A stretch of 64,000 nucleotides of DNA, taken from an uncultured virus (IMG/VR IMGVR_UViG_643348570_000002) (taxonomy: Duplodnaviria > Heunggongvirae > Uroviricota > Caudoviricetes). The notes beneath the pieces are model-generated. The model had not been told where the DNA came from. It made no database searches and worked only from the letters and a program-made list of their open reading frames with translations. Shown here in pieces: positions 1 to 8,883 of the stretch (positions are counted from its first letter, which is position 1; each line of letters opens with the position of its first letter). Location: IMG/VR virus record IMGVR_UViG_643348570_000002; one strand, 5' to 3'. The position numbers and the translations under genes are program-made.

Positions 1-1059
1 ATGCCTCAACGCTTTCAATTGCAGCCCAGCCCGGTCGAGAGAGCGGCAGGAATCGTCAATGATGCCTCTGCGCCTCAAATCGTGAGCTTATTTTGCGGTT
101 GCGGCGGCCTAGATCTTGGATTTGAGCAAGCCGGGTTCAATACTGTATATGCGGCAGATCTGCGCTCACCTGCAGTGTCTTCGTTCAATCACAATAGGGC
201 GCCCCGTGACGTCGCAAGAGTTTCCGATGTGCGTATTTTAAGTGCAGCTTCCATTAGTAAATGCATTCCAGATGCAAAAGTTGATGGGTTTATAGGTGGA
301 CCGCCCTGTCAAAGCTTCTCCAGAGGGAATAGATCGAAGAAAGCAAACGACCCAAGAACGGACCTTGTGTCCAAGTTCTTCGATGTGGCCTTAGACTGGC
401 ACATCAACAAATGCCCGTTGAAATTCATCGTCATGGAGAACGTACCTGAGATTGGCAGATACGCCGATGGATCCTTAATGCAGGGAGAGGTCAGGAGATT
501 AAAAGAAAATGGGTTCTCCGTCGATATTATGATTCTGCAAGCCAGTGACTTTGGCACGCCACAGCGTAGAAAACGCTTCTTTCTGGTTGCGTGCAACAGG
601 ATACAGCAACGGACCCCCTTTGCTGCAGTCGAGTCAGAAGTTAAAGACAGGACTGTTCGCAGCGCCATATTCGGCCTACCTCAACCACTGACTTTTTCAG
701 AGCGTGGGGGCAGAGCGGAAATCCCTTACCACCCCAATCACTGGTGCATGACGCCGAGGTCAAGAAAATTCTTTGATGGCTCCTTGTTGACGGGGAGAAG
801 CACTGGGAGAAGTTTTAAGACATTGTCTTGGGACAAGCCAAGCTACACCGTCTCATACGGACATCGAGAAGTTCATATTCACCCTGACTGCGGCCGCCGA
901 CTTAGCGTCCATGAGGCATTGCTGCTTCAGGGCTTCCCGGCACATTATGAGCTACTTGGCTCCATGTCGGATCAATTTTCTCAGGTCAGTGAGGCTGTTC
1001 CCCCTACCATGGCGCGCGGGGTTGCCCTTGGCATCAGATCATGTCTTTACGATATATAG
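1..1059 (+). CDS. dcm: DNA (cytosine-5) methyltransferase
   Basis: Motifs SLFCGCGG (I), GGPPCQSFS (IV), MENV (VI), PQRRKR (VIII), RRLSVHEALLLQGFP (IX), VSEAVPP (X). Confidence 0.95.
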   Translation: MPQRFQLQPSPVERAAGIVNDASAPQIVSLFCGCGGLDLGFEQAGFNTVYAADLRSPAVSSFNHNRAPRDVARVSDVRILSAASISKCIPDAKVDGFIGGPPCQSFSRGNRSKKANDPRTDLVSKFFDVALDWHINKCPLKFIVMENVPEIGRYADGSLMQGEVRRLKENGFSVDIMILQASDFGTPQRRKRFFLVACNRIQQRTPFAAVESEVKDRTVRSAIFGLPQPLTFSERGGRAEIPYHPNHWCMTPRSRKFFDGSLLTGRSTGRSFKTLSWDKPSYTVSYGHREVHIHPDCGRRLSVHEALLLQGFPAHYELLGSMSDQFSQVSEAVPPTMARGVALGIRSCLYDI

Positions 1060-2261
1060 CGTTCAGAAAATTCATCCACTGCTGCGGCTTCATAGCCGGC
1101 TCCAATGAGAAGTTCTCTCTGTCTAATTGCGTAAGAGACGGCCTCTGATCCGGAGCTCAAATGAGTGTCTAGGTTTACAAGGTCAACTGACGCCCGCAGT
1201 GCCTTCAGTGAAGCACGCTCGTGGTGACCGCTATCAACCGGCTCAGGTGTTTTTGCGGCCGAAAACAAGTCAACGGCCGGTTTCGGCATATAGTCAAACC
1301 TGAAGCCTAGACATGGCATCGATGCTCCCCAATCGCAGTCAAGTTCGCTATTGGAGGCTCCAGCAGTCGGACCATAGCAGTATGCTTGCAGGCTGGTCAC
1401 ATTCCAATGCTTCAGTTCAGCGTTGTGCAGGAGCCATTTTGAAAACCCAAGCACGAACAGCTTTAAGAAGTCACTCTGGCTAAACTCATGATTGTTGCAT
1501 ATTGAATTCAAGTCACCACCCAGGTGAGAAAAATCTCTCTCGGCGGCGCTCTTAAATGCTGTTGACCGTACTCCATTTTCTCTAATTGCGTTTAGGAAAG
1601 CTGTGATGACGCTGGGAGCCACAGTGCCGATCCGAGCATCTGTCGTGACAAAAAGCAACCAAGACGTTCGGGAAAACTGCATCTGGAAGTCGACAAGTTT
1701 AAATATTGCATCAATAATGCGCGAAGATCTCTTGTCGCCAGGGAGCGCAATCGAGCCGCATGCATCAACATTTACTATATGGAATGGTCCCCGCCTTTGC
1801 AGTTCTCGGGCTGGCTGACCATTAGGATGGACAATCTCCTCGAAGCGATGCGGAAAAGTTTGCGATCTGTCCGTTATTATACCAGTCTTGATCAACGAGT
1901 CCATTCTGAACTGAGCGCGAGCTTGGATCGGGAGCTTGCCATCGGCAAGAAACCCCGTCATCTCTAAGTCAAGCCCACGACCTTTAGCTAACCTTCCCAA
2001 AACCTCCACGTCAAAAAAGTCGATTCCGGGCAGCGTGAGGTAGCGGATTGGCTCCGGTCTGTCTCCGTTGCCACCAGCTAGCTTTTCAATCAATCGCTCA
2101 GAATATCTGCGCCATTGAACCTCTCGCACATATTGCTTCCGTGGCGTGTGCCAAGGCATAAGCGTATCGAGCTTAGCAGGGGTTGCGGGTTGAACGTCTT
2201 CTGGAAGAACGTCCTCGTCAATATCGTCTTCGTAGTCCGAAGTGGTAACTTTTTGATTCAT
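1047..2261 (-). CDS. Hypothetical protein, possibly Rossmann/methyltransferase-like (resembles PP_RS20740-type proteins)
   Basis: 404-aa ORF coupled (ATGA) to the ATPase; PWHTPRKQYVR, YLTLPG and HIVNVDACG motifs. Confidence 0.6.
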   Translation of the reverse strand: MNQKVTTSDYEDDIDEDVLPEDVQPATPAKLDTLMPWHTPRKQYVREVQWRRYSERLIEKLAGGNGDRPEPIRYLTLPGIDFFDVEVLGRLAKGRGLDLEMTGFLADGKLPIQARAQFRMDSLIKTGIITDRSQTFPHRFEEIVHPNGQPARELQRRGPFHIVNVDACGSIALPGDKRSSRIIDAIFKLVDFQMQFSRTSWLLFVTTDARIGTVAPSVITAFLNAIRENGVRSTAFKSAAERDFSHLGGDLNSICNNHEFSQSDFLKLFVLGFSKWLLHNAELKHWNVTSLQAYCYGPTAGASNSELDCDWGASMPCLGFRFDYMPKPAVDLFSAAKTPEPVDSGHHERASLKALRASVDLVNLDTHLSSGSEAVSYAIRQRELLIGAGYEAAAVDEFSERYIS

Positions 2262-4162
2262 CGGCCAACTCGGATCGCTGAGATGAGATCTTCAATAAGG
2301 CGAACCCTGTCCCGCTCTTCGAGCTGACTTAGCACGCCATAGGCTTCAAGTATCACTGCGAAAGCCACGGCTTGTGTGGAGGGTCCCTCACCGGAGTCTT
2401 TCCAGCTGGACCAGTCAAGACTAGAGCCACCAACGTCATTGGGCATCTTTGTAAAGGCATCTGATCCAACGAGGCTGGCTATGGGTGGGTCGGAATCCTC
2501 ACCCCTACGGCTCGACCAGACCGACATTGCAGACTCAATTACAGCGGCTTGCTCTGCCTGATACTCTAGTCGGCGCTCTGTTTTTAGATCATCGGAGCCT
2601 ATCTGCTTATTTTTATTGATAAAGGCGCGTAACGCTCCATGAAGCCACTTTTGAATGTACAGAAAGTGCGGATGACTAAAATTGAACGACTCGCGGTCGA
2701 TGTTAATGGCCCCGTCTAAGCCTTCCTTGACAAATATCTCTGCCGTTATCTGCGATAGCCTATTTTGCTCAGATATTTGATAGTTTAGGAAGCCCTTATC
2801 AAACAACGCCCCGCTGGCTTCGCGGACGCGCAGTATGACGCCTTGATTTTCCTTCGGAGTGATGGCGCTATTCCAATACAAATATGCCTCAAATGAAAGT
2901 TGGCCACCTGCTCTATCGGTGTCCTTAACTGAGAATGCTTCCGCCACCGATCCGACCATCAGCATAGGAGCCTTTAAGCGAGACGGCCTGCGCAAATGCG
3001 TGGGTAGAAGGATGGGTCGACGCAGTTCTATATCATCTATATAGACGGAAAACTCATCTGCCGAAGGAGGTCGCGCCGAGAGAGCGAAGTGGTCGCGAAT
3101 TGACCCGCCGACTGGCGCCACAGGATTCGCCCTTCGGCCCTTCCTCTCATATCCGTATATATCAATCCCGGACGTTGATCGAAGGTCAAATGGGTGTACA
3201 TCTATGTATTGCAGAGGCAGCGCCATACTAAGAGACCATATGAGCTTCAGATACTCGTCGAAATGCTCGAAGTTTGCCGGTGCTTTCGACTTGCCGGATG
3301 ACTGCGAGGCAGCCTCTACGAGCTTCTTAAATTTCTCAACGGGTAAATCGGCGGCCTTCCATGGAAGATTAGGCTCAACGCCATTGTCCCGCCCGACGCT
3401 CTCACCCGGCAACGTCCCAATATGGTATATCGGCTCAGCCCTTACAGGCTTCATGTCGGGACCAAGTGTATCCGCTGTTACTTGCCAGCGAGTGGCACTC
3501 TTTAATATTCGCTGAATTTCGCGGCGCAGGGAAAACAGAACAATTGTAGTTCCGTGATTGTCCAGCTCATCTTCAGAGACGCTCTCTCTTGTGATGAGAA
3601 CTTCGCCGGCGACGAACTCTTCATCCACATCTTTGCCGCGACTATCGTCGTGAGTTCTTAGCTTGATCGTCGCGGAGAGCTTGTAGGGTTCGCCTTTGGC
3701 TTTAGTTATTATCAGGAAGTGCTGAGTTAGCTGCGCCACAGCAAACAAGCCTATTCCAATCTTCCCGATCAATGGCCGTTTGAACTTAGGGCTCTTCTCG
3801 CGATCCGTAGCCGACGCTGTATGAAGCTTGGCGCCGAGGCTCGTTCGCTTGGAGCTACCTCCTATGGATTTTAGTACATACGCGAGTGTTTCCGCATTCA
3901 TCCCGTGCCCGTCATCTCGCACGCTGACTTGCTGGAAATCGGGCGCACCCGTGTCAACTATGACCCTGGTGGCGTCAGCATCGTACGCGTTTGCGATCAG
4001 CTCTCTGAAAGCAGCCCACGGTTCCCGATAGATGCCGTCAGTAACGCGGGCGATGATCCTTTGACTCGTGGCGAGATCGGTTCGCACGACACTGTCACTG
4101 GTATCGGTAGATAAGATCCGATCTTTCAATGCGCTGACGGCATCTTCATGCGTCTGAGCCAC
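2258..4162 (-). CDS. GHKL (HATPase_c / MORC-MutL-Hsp90-like) ATPase
   Basis: ELIANAYDA, VRDDGHGM, GKIGIG and HGTTI boxes; C-terminal INIDRESF S5-like region. Confidence 0.9.
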   Translation of the reverse strand: MAQTHEDAVSALKDRILSTDTSDSVVRTDLATSQRIIARVTDGIYREPWAAFRELIANAYDADATRVIVDTGAPDFQQVSVRDDGHGMNAETLAYVLKSIGGSSKRTSLGAKLHTASATDREKSPKFKRPLIGKIGIGLFAVAQLTQHFLIITKAKGEPYKLSATIKLRTHDDSRGKDVDEEFVAGEVLITRESVSEDELDNHGTTIVLFSLRREIQRILKSATRWQVTADTLGPDMKPVRAEPIYHIGTLPGESVGRDNGVEPNLPWKAADLPVEKFKKLVEAASQSSGKSKAPANFEHFDEYLKLIWSLSMALPLQYIDVHPFDLRSTSGIDIYGYERKGRRANPVAPVGGSIRDHFALSARPPSADEFSVYIDDIELRRPILLPTHLRRPSRLKAPMLMVGSVAEAFSVKDTDRAGGQLSFEAYLYWNSAITPKENQGVILRVREASGALFDKGFLNYQISEQNRLSQITAEIFVKEGLDGAINIDRESFNFSHPHFLYIQKWLHGALRAFINKNKQIGSDDLKTERRLEYQAEQAAVIESAMSVWSSRRGEDSDPPIASLVGSDAFTKMPNDVGGSSLDWSSWKDSGEGPSTQAVAFAVILEAYGVLSQLEERDRVRLIEDLISAIRVGR

Positions 4163-4543
4163 CGGTTTCTCCTATCCACATACCCATCTGGAGAGACCTT
4201 GCAAATTGTGCTCTTCTTGGCAATGAGGTATGTTGGCCTGAGGCGCATGTTGAGGCGCTCAAGAGTCCGAGCTGGGGCAACGCCTCAATCATGCGTCAAG
4301 ATGGAGCCAGTAGCGGCGGATGGCCCGACATGCTCGCCAACACGCTCCGAGCGCGGCGTCCATTGCGTCGTGCACGATACCGGCAGTCGACAGCTCGACA
4401 GTCTGCGAAGCACTGGCTCAGGTCGCCCCTGCGCCGTGGTCGAACAGCTGCCATTCGATGGGGAGTCTCGGGCCGACAGCGTCGCATTGTCGCGCCTTGT
4501 AAGACGGAGGCTAAAGGCTCCCGTACTGCGCGTTGCGGTCATA

Positions 4544-4568
4544 GGGGCGCGGTAGTTTGCCGCGCCCC
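4544..4568 (-). terminator. Hairpin at the end of the late operon
   Basis: GGGGCGCGG-N7-CCGCGCCCC just downstream of the last late gene; weak U-tract. Confidence 0.5.
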
Positions 4569-4583
4569 GGGCGGGCGGGATGC

Positions 4584-5057
4584 TCAGCGCTTGGCCATCT
4601 CGAGCAGCTTCGACCGGACAAGCGCATCGAACGTCTCGGCCGGCGGGGCCAGCCGCTTCAGCGCGTCTGGCACCGAGTTCCGGACATAGCTCAAGACGAA
4701 GTCCGCGGCCTCATCGGGTGCGAACCCTCTTGCCACGGCCAGGCGCGCGGCGGTCATGATCGCCGAATGCAGCGCCTCGCGGTGCCGGGCCTCGATCTGG
4801 ATTCCGGTCCAGCGCTGGAAGCGGACGGTCGCAAACCCGATCAGCGCCGTTAGCGCCACGCCTGCGAGATCGAGTAGGCTTGGCGTCAGCGCGTTCAGCA
4901 GGTCGCTGCCGGTCGACGCGGCGGCCGGCAGCACGAGCGTGGCGAAGATCGCGATCGAGACCGGCAGCCGCGCGAGAGCGGCGCGCAGCGGCCAGCCGAC
5001 GAGCAGGATGAAGGCGAGCGCGCAAAGGGCGAGAGCGAGAATGAAGATCGGGGACAT
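4584..5057 (-). CDS. Phage membrane protein (holin-like lysis accessory)
   Basis: Three hydrophobic segments; directly follows the endolysin; AAGGAG RBS. Confidence 0.6.
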   Translation of the reverse strand: MSPIFILALALCALAFILLVGWPLRAALARLPVSIAIFATLVLPAAASTGSDLLNALTPSLLDLAGVALTALIGFATVRFQRWTGIQIEARHREALHSAIMTAARLAVARGFAPDEAADFVLSYVRNSVPDALKRLAPPAETFDALVRSKLLEMAKR

Positions 5058-5069
5058 GGGCTTTCTCCT

Positions 5070-5867
5070 TCAGAGGCGGGCGAACTGGAAGTGCATCCAG
5101 TCGCGGTTGCAGGCGCGGCCGAGGCTGGTGGCGCCAGCGGTTTCGACGATGGTCCAGAAGGGATCGTAGGCGGGCGCGGCGAAGCTCGCCCGGTCGCGGC
5201 CCCAGCGGAGCGGGTTGCGCTCGGGGTCGAGGTCGACCGCAATGCCCCAGGCATGCATCGAGAGGGACGAGCCGCCGCGCATGGGGCGGTGGTTGAAGCA
5301 GCCGCCGAAGAGGTTCAGCCGCAGCCGCTCGAACTGGACGGAGCCGTAGTGCGCCACCGCCTCGCGGAAGATCCGCGTCAGGGGCGCGGCCACCAGCTTG
5401 TGGCAGCGGAAGCTCGTGATGCTCGTGTTGAGATCCCAGGCGAGGCGGAACGGGATCGGCAGCTCGACGATCCCGGCGGTGCAGTCGGGCCCGCCTGCCA
5501 CGCCATAGAAGGTCGCCACAGACTCCTGCCGCGGGTAGGCGCCCTGCGCATCGGCCACAGCATGGCCCGGCAGCGGCAGTCGCTCGACGGCCGCCCGCAC
5601 CGGCCCGGAGGCCCAGGCGGTCAGCGCCTCCCGGGTGTTCGGCCCGAGGAGCCCGTCGATCCGGCCGGGCGCATGGCCCAGCCGCGCCAGCACCGCCTGG
5701 CCAGCCGCGATCCGCTGCCGGCGAGAGGGCCAGGCCCGCCAGGGCACCGGCTCTCCCTCGAGCGCCGCTAGCGCGGCCGCCTGGGTCAGCGGTCCCGCAT
5801 CGCCGTCGATGGCGCCGCGGTAGAGCCCCGCGGCCGAGAGCAGCCGCTGGATGTCGGATGTCGTCAC
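5070..5867 (-). CDS. Endolysin: peptidoglycan-binding domains + M15 peptidase
   Basis: Two IDGxxGPxT repeats, SMHAWGIAVD and DWMHFQ; GTG start after GGAG. Confidence 0.9.
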   Translation of the reverse strand: MTTSDIQRLLSAAGLYRGAIDGDAGPLTQAAALAALEGEPVPWRAWPSRRQRIAAGQAVLARLGHAPGRIDGLLGPNTREALTAWASGPVRAAVERLPLPGHAVADAQGAYPRQESVATFYGVAGGPDCTAGIVELPIPFRLAWDLNTSITSFRCHKLVAAPLTRIFREAVAHYGSVQFERLRLNLFGGCFNHRPMRGGSSLSMHAWGIAVDLDPERNPLRWGRDRASFAAPAYDPFWTIVETAGATSLGRACNRDWMHFQFARL

Positions 5868-5883
5868 GTCTTTCTCCATATGC

Positions 5884-5907
5884 AAAAGCCCCGCTCGAGG
5901 GCGGGGC
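5884..5907 (-). terminator. Intrinsic terminator after dam
   Basis: GCCCCGC-N6-GCGGGGC followed by TTTT on the minus strand. Confidence 0.65.
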
Positions 5908-5933
5908 GTGGGTGGTCGGACTGGGGGGATTTT

Positions 5934-6758
5934 TCAGAGGAGGGTCGCGACCCGCTCGCGGTTCGAGACGAGGAGCTCCTGCGCCTCGGTGCTGCCCGAA
6001 GCGGAGACCGAGTAGGTCAGCCGCACCGGCTCGAGGTGGAACCGGCCGAAGAGCGCCCGGATCTCGGGCGTGTCATTGATCGACAGGAGGAAGGCGCCCT
6101 TGAGGCTGCCGAGGATCTTGGCGATCCGTGCGAACTGCGCCCGGTCGAAGATCCCGCGGCCGTAGTCGTTCTCGCCGCCGAAGTAGGGCGGATCGAGATA
6201 GAAGAGCGCCTCGGCCGTGTCGTAGCGCGGGATCAGGTCGGCCCAGTCGAGGCTCTCGAAGACGACGCCATCGAGCCGCTCGTGGGCGGCGTCGAGCACC
6301 GGCTCGAGGCGCGCGAGCGAGAAGCGCGGCCCGTGCCCGGCCGAGACGCCGAAGACCCCGTCGAACTTGCCGCCGAAGCTCAGCCGCTGGAGATAGAGGA
6401 ACCGCGCGGCCCGCTCGAGGTCGGTGAGCGTGGCGGGATCGGTGAGCCGCAGCCGATCGAACTCGCGCCGGCTGCAGATCTGGAAGCGCATGATCTCGAG
6501 GAGCTGGGGGTAGTGCCGCTGCAGGATCCGGAAGAGGTTGATGATCTCGCCGTTGCGGTCGTTCATGACCTCGAGGCGCGGCCGGAAGCGGCGACGAAGG
6601 AAGATCCCGCCCATGCCGACGAAGGGCTCGACATAGGCGCGGTGCGGGATGGCCTCGATCCGCTCGAGGATGAGCGGGTGGAGACGTTTCTTGCCGCCGA
6701 GCCACGGGGCGACCGGGGCGGCGGGAGGTACTTGTTTCATTTGGTGATTCTGCCTCAC
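5934..6758 (-). CDS. D12-class N6-adenine DNA methyltransferase (Dam-like)
   Basis: PWLGGK, YVEPFVGMG and YLDPPY motifs. Confidence 0.93.
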   Translation of the reverse strand: MRQNHQMKQVPPAAPVAPWLGGKKRLHPLILERIEAIPHRAYVEPFVGMGGIFLRRRFRPRLEVMNDRNGEIINLFRILQRHYPQLLEIMRFQICSRREFDRLRLTDPATLTDLERAARFLYLQRLSFGGKFDGVFGVSAGHGPRFSLARLEPVLDAAHERLDGVVFESLDWADLIPRYDTAEALFYLDPPYFGGENDYGRGIFDRAQFARIAKILGSLKGAFLLSINDTPEIRALFGRFHLEPVRLTYSVSASGSTEAQELLVSNRERVATLL

Positions 6759-7157
6759 AAGGCGCCTGCCCTCGCGAGGGGTGGCAGGCAGTCTGAAAGG
6801 CGACGGACAGGCTGGCGCGGTCCGAGGTGGTACTTTGGCCGCGTGGTTCGGGCTGTTGACGCAGCCCGGCCCCTGCCTGAGGGGCGCTGCGGGCGCCCCG
6901 AGGAAGGGCGCGCCGGGTTCGGATTCTCGAAGTTCGGGGGCTTAGGGAGCGGCGGGGATGAAACCCCGCAAGCGCTCGAAGCATCCGCCTCAAGATCTGC
7001 GGAGCTGTCACGAGGATAAGGAGACTGCCTTCCTGAGATGGCGGCCACATCGTGATCGCACGCGGCGACGCTGATGGAGGTTCTGTGCAGGAGCTTCAGG
7101 CGTGAGGTTCCCGCACCTTGGCTGCTGGTGCCATCGGTGGCACGAAACCGGGAGAGA

Positions 7158-7529
7158 TCAGTCCTGTGTCAGCGGACGGCTCACGGGGCAGCCCTTCGCC
7201 ACCACCTGCCGGTCGATTGCCTGAATCTTGCCTTTCGCAATGGCAATCATGGCCTCCTGATCGCCCCCGGACATGCTCGAGAGCGGAAGCCCGAGCAGAA
7301 ACACCCCCCAGGCGTCCCCGTTGGCCGCGGATTTCTGCTTTGCGCTCAAATTGGCAAGATCCTGAGATATCGCAAGCCGCTCGCTCGCCAGCTGGCGGCA
7401 GTTATGCCGAGAGTAATTGTCGCCTCCAACTTCCACGGCAGCGATGCGGTCAGGCTGCTTCGCGCACGCCGCAAGGAGGATCATCAGGCTGGCGAAAGCC
7501 ACACGTTTGCTTTTCATTATATTCTCCAC
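7158..7529 (-). CDS. Small lipoprotein (moron)
   Basis: Signal peptide with LAAC lipobox; lower GC than its neighbours. Confidence 0.7.
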   Translation of the reverse strand: MENIMKSKRVAFASLMILLAACAKQPDRIAAVEVGGDNYSRHNCRQLASERLAISQDLANLSAKQKSAANGDAWGVFLLGLPLSSMSGGDQEAMIAIAKGKIQAIDRQVVAKGCPVSRPLTQD

Positions 7530-7771
7530 TTCGAGAGATTGGCTTTTCGCATCGGCGGGTCAAAAGTTCGTTACCTCCGTGGCGAAACCGTGGCTGACCG
7601 TTTCTCTCGGTTCGGTACGGAAGGACGAAAATCTGCGTCGCTCCGGTTGAGGTTGGCGCTAAAGCACGCTCTGCCGAAGAAATTCACTCTGGGCTGGCGT
7701 CATTCGGCGAGCGTATTGCCGTTGCACTCGAGCATCCGGAGAGACGGATGTGCCGGTTTGTCGCTGCCGCT

Positions 7772-8089
7772 TCATCCCGCACTCCGCCCCCGCCACAGCC
7801 GCTCCAGCATCGCCGTAGTCCCACGCGGTCCGAGGTAGGCCAGCATCGCGACGAGGCCCATGGCCGCCCGGCCGTCGAGAGCGAGGTACGAGCTCAGGGC
7901 CTCGCCGATGAAGGCCATGGCGACGAGGGCGGGGATCTCCCAGAGGAGTTCGCGGCCGAAGAAGGCGCGGCGGCGGGCGCGGACTTCGCCGGTGTGATAC
8001 ATGAGCCGCCCCATGGCGGCCGCGATCAGCGTGGCGATGGCCCCGCCCCAGAGCGCCGTGATGGTGTCGATCAGTCCCTTGTCCGGCAT
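7772..8089 (-). CDS. Phage holin (LydA-like)
   Basis: 105 aa, three TM segments, AYLGPRG motif, follows the tail genes. Confidence 0.8.
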   Translation of the reverse strand: MPDKGLIDTITALWGGAIATLIAAAMGRLMYHTGEVRARRRAFFGRELLWEIPALVAMAFIGEALSSYLALDGRAAMGLVAMLAYLGPRGTTAMLERLWRGRSAG

Positions 8090-8220
8090 TGCGCCGCTCC
8101 TGTTCTGCGCGCTCCGCGCGAGGGTTGCCCCGGCCGGGGGCGGCCGGGTCCTGTCATCATGATCGGGGGGGGTGTCTCGGGCGGTCAGCGGCCCGGGCTA
8201 CGCATCGGGCTCGATCAGGC

Positions 8221-8556
8221 TCACAGCGTCACCTCTGCGGCCTCAAGGAACAGCCGGTCGGTCTCCTCCGGCGAGAGGCCAAGGAGGAAGGCCAGCGTGT
8301 CCATCGTCTCCGACCCCCGGACGAGCACCGTCGCGCCGCGCAGCGCCGCCCGCATCGCCCAGGGGTAGGAGGCGTTGTCTGCGATGGCCATCGCCTGGCC
8401 CCACTTCTCCTCGCCGATCACGATCATGGCCTGCAGGAGGCTGATCTCGGCCGGACCCCGCGCGCGGGTCTCGGCCTGCGCCTTGATGTCCCGGGCCTTC
8501 ACGAGCCTGCTGTAATCGATGGTCGCGGTCTTCATTGCTGCACTCCTGCTGGTCAT
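8221..8556 (-). CDS. Phage protein (tail-fibre associated)
   Basis: ORF in the late operon; LGLSPEETDRLF C-terminus typical of fibre-associated proteins. Confidence 0.6.
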   Translation of the reverse strand: MTSRSAAMKTATIDYSRLVKARDIKAQAETRARGPAEISLLQAMIVIGEEKWGQAMAIADNASYPWAMRAALRGATVLVRGSETMDTLAFLLGLSPEETDRLFLEAAEVTL

Positions 8557-8559
8557 GGA

Positions 8560-8877
8560 TCAGCCCTCCGAGGACGGCGGGAGGTAGGGCGGGATCGGGA
8601 TGTCCTGATCCTCCACCTCGATGGTGCCGGGGTTCGGCAAGGGCAGGTCCCCGTAATAGCCGTGAGGGAAGACCACCTCGAACTCGAGGACGCCGTTCAC
8701 GCGGGTGACGTTGCTGGTGACCCAGGTGTTGTCCATCGCGTCCCAGGGCAGCACGTCGCCCTCCTCGACGCCGCTGAAGTCATAGACCATGTCATTGCAA
8801 ATCAGGGTGTCGCCCTGCACACGGAAGACGGTCAGCTCATACATCCGCCGAAGCGGGACCATGCGAATGCGCATCAT
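8560..8877 (-). CDS. Phage protein downstream of the tail fibre
   Basis: 105-aa ORF with GGAGG RBS; synteny. Confidence 0.6.
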   Translation of the reverse strand: MMRIRMVPLRRMYELTVFRVQGDTLICNDMVYDFSGVEEGDVLPWDAMDNTWVTSNVTRVNGVLEFEVVFPHGYYGDLPLPNPGTIEVEDQDIPIPPYLPPSSEG

Positions 8878-8883
8878 GGCGGA

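Noticed and set aside
4148..4555. Short ORFs between the ATPase and the lysis genes, and a possible att site
   Set aside because: No recognisable motif and no copy of the tRNA-Val 3' end found by eye
6755..7048. Mu Com-like zinc-finger activator upstream of dam
   Set aside because: No CxxC pairs in the ORF; region better explained as structured non-coding sequence
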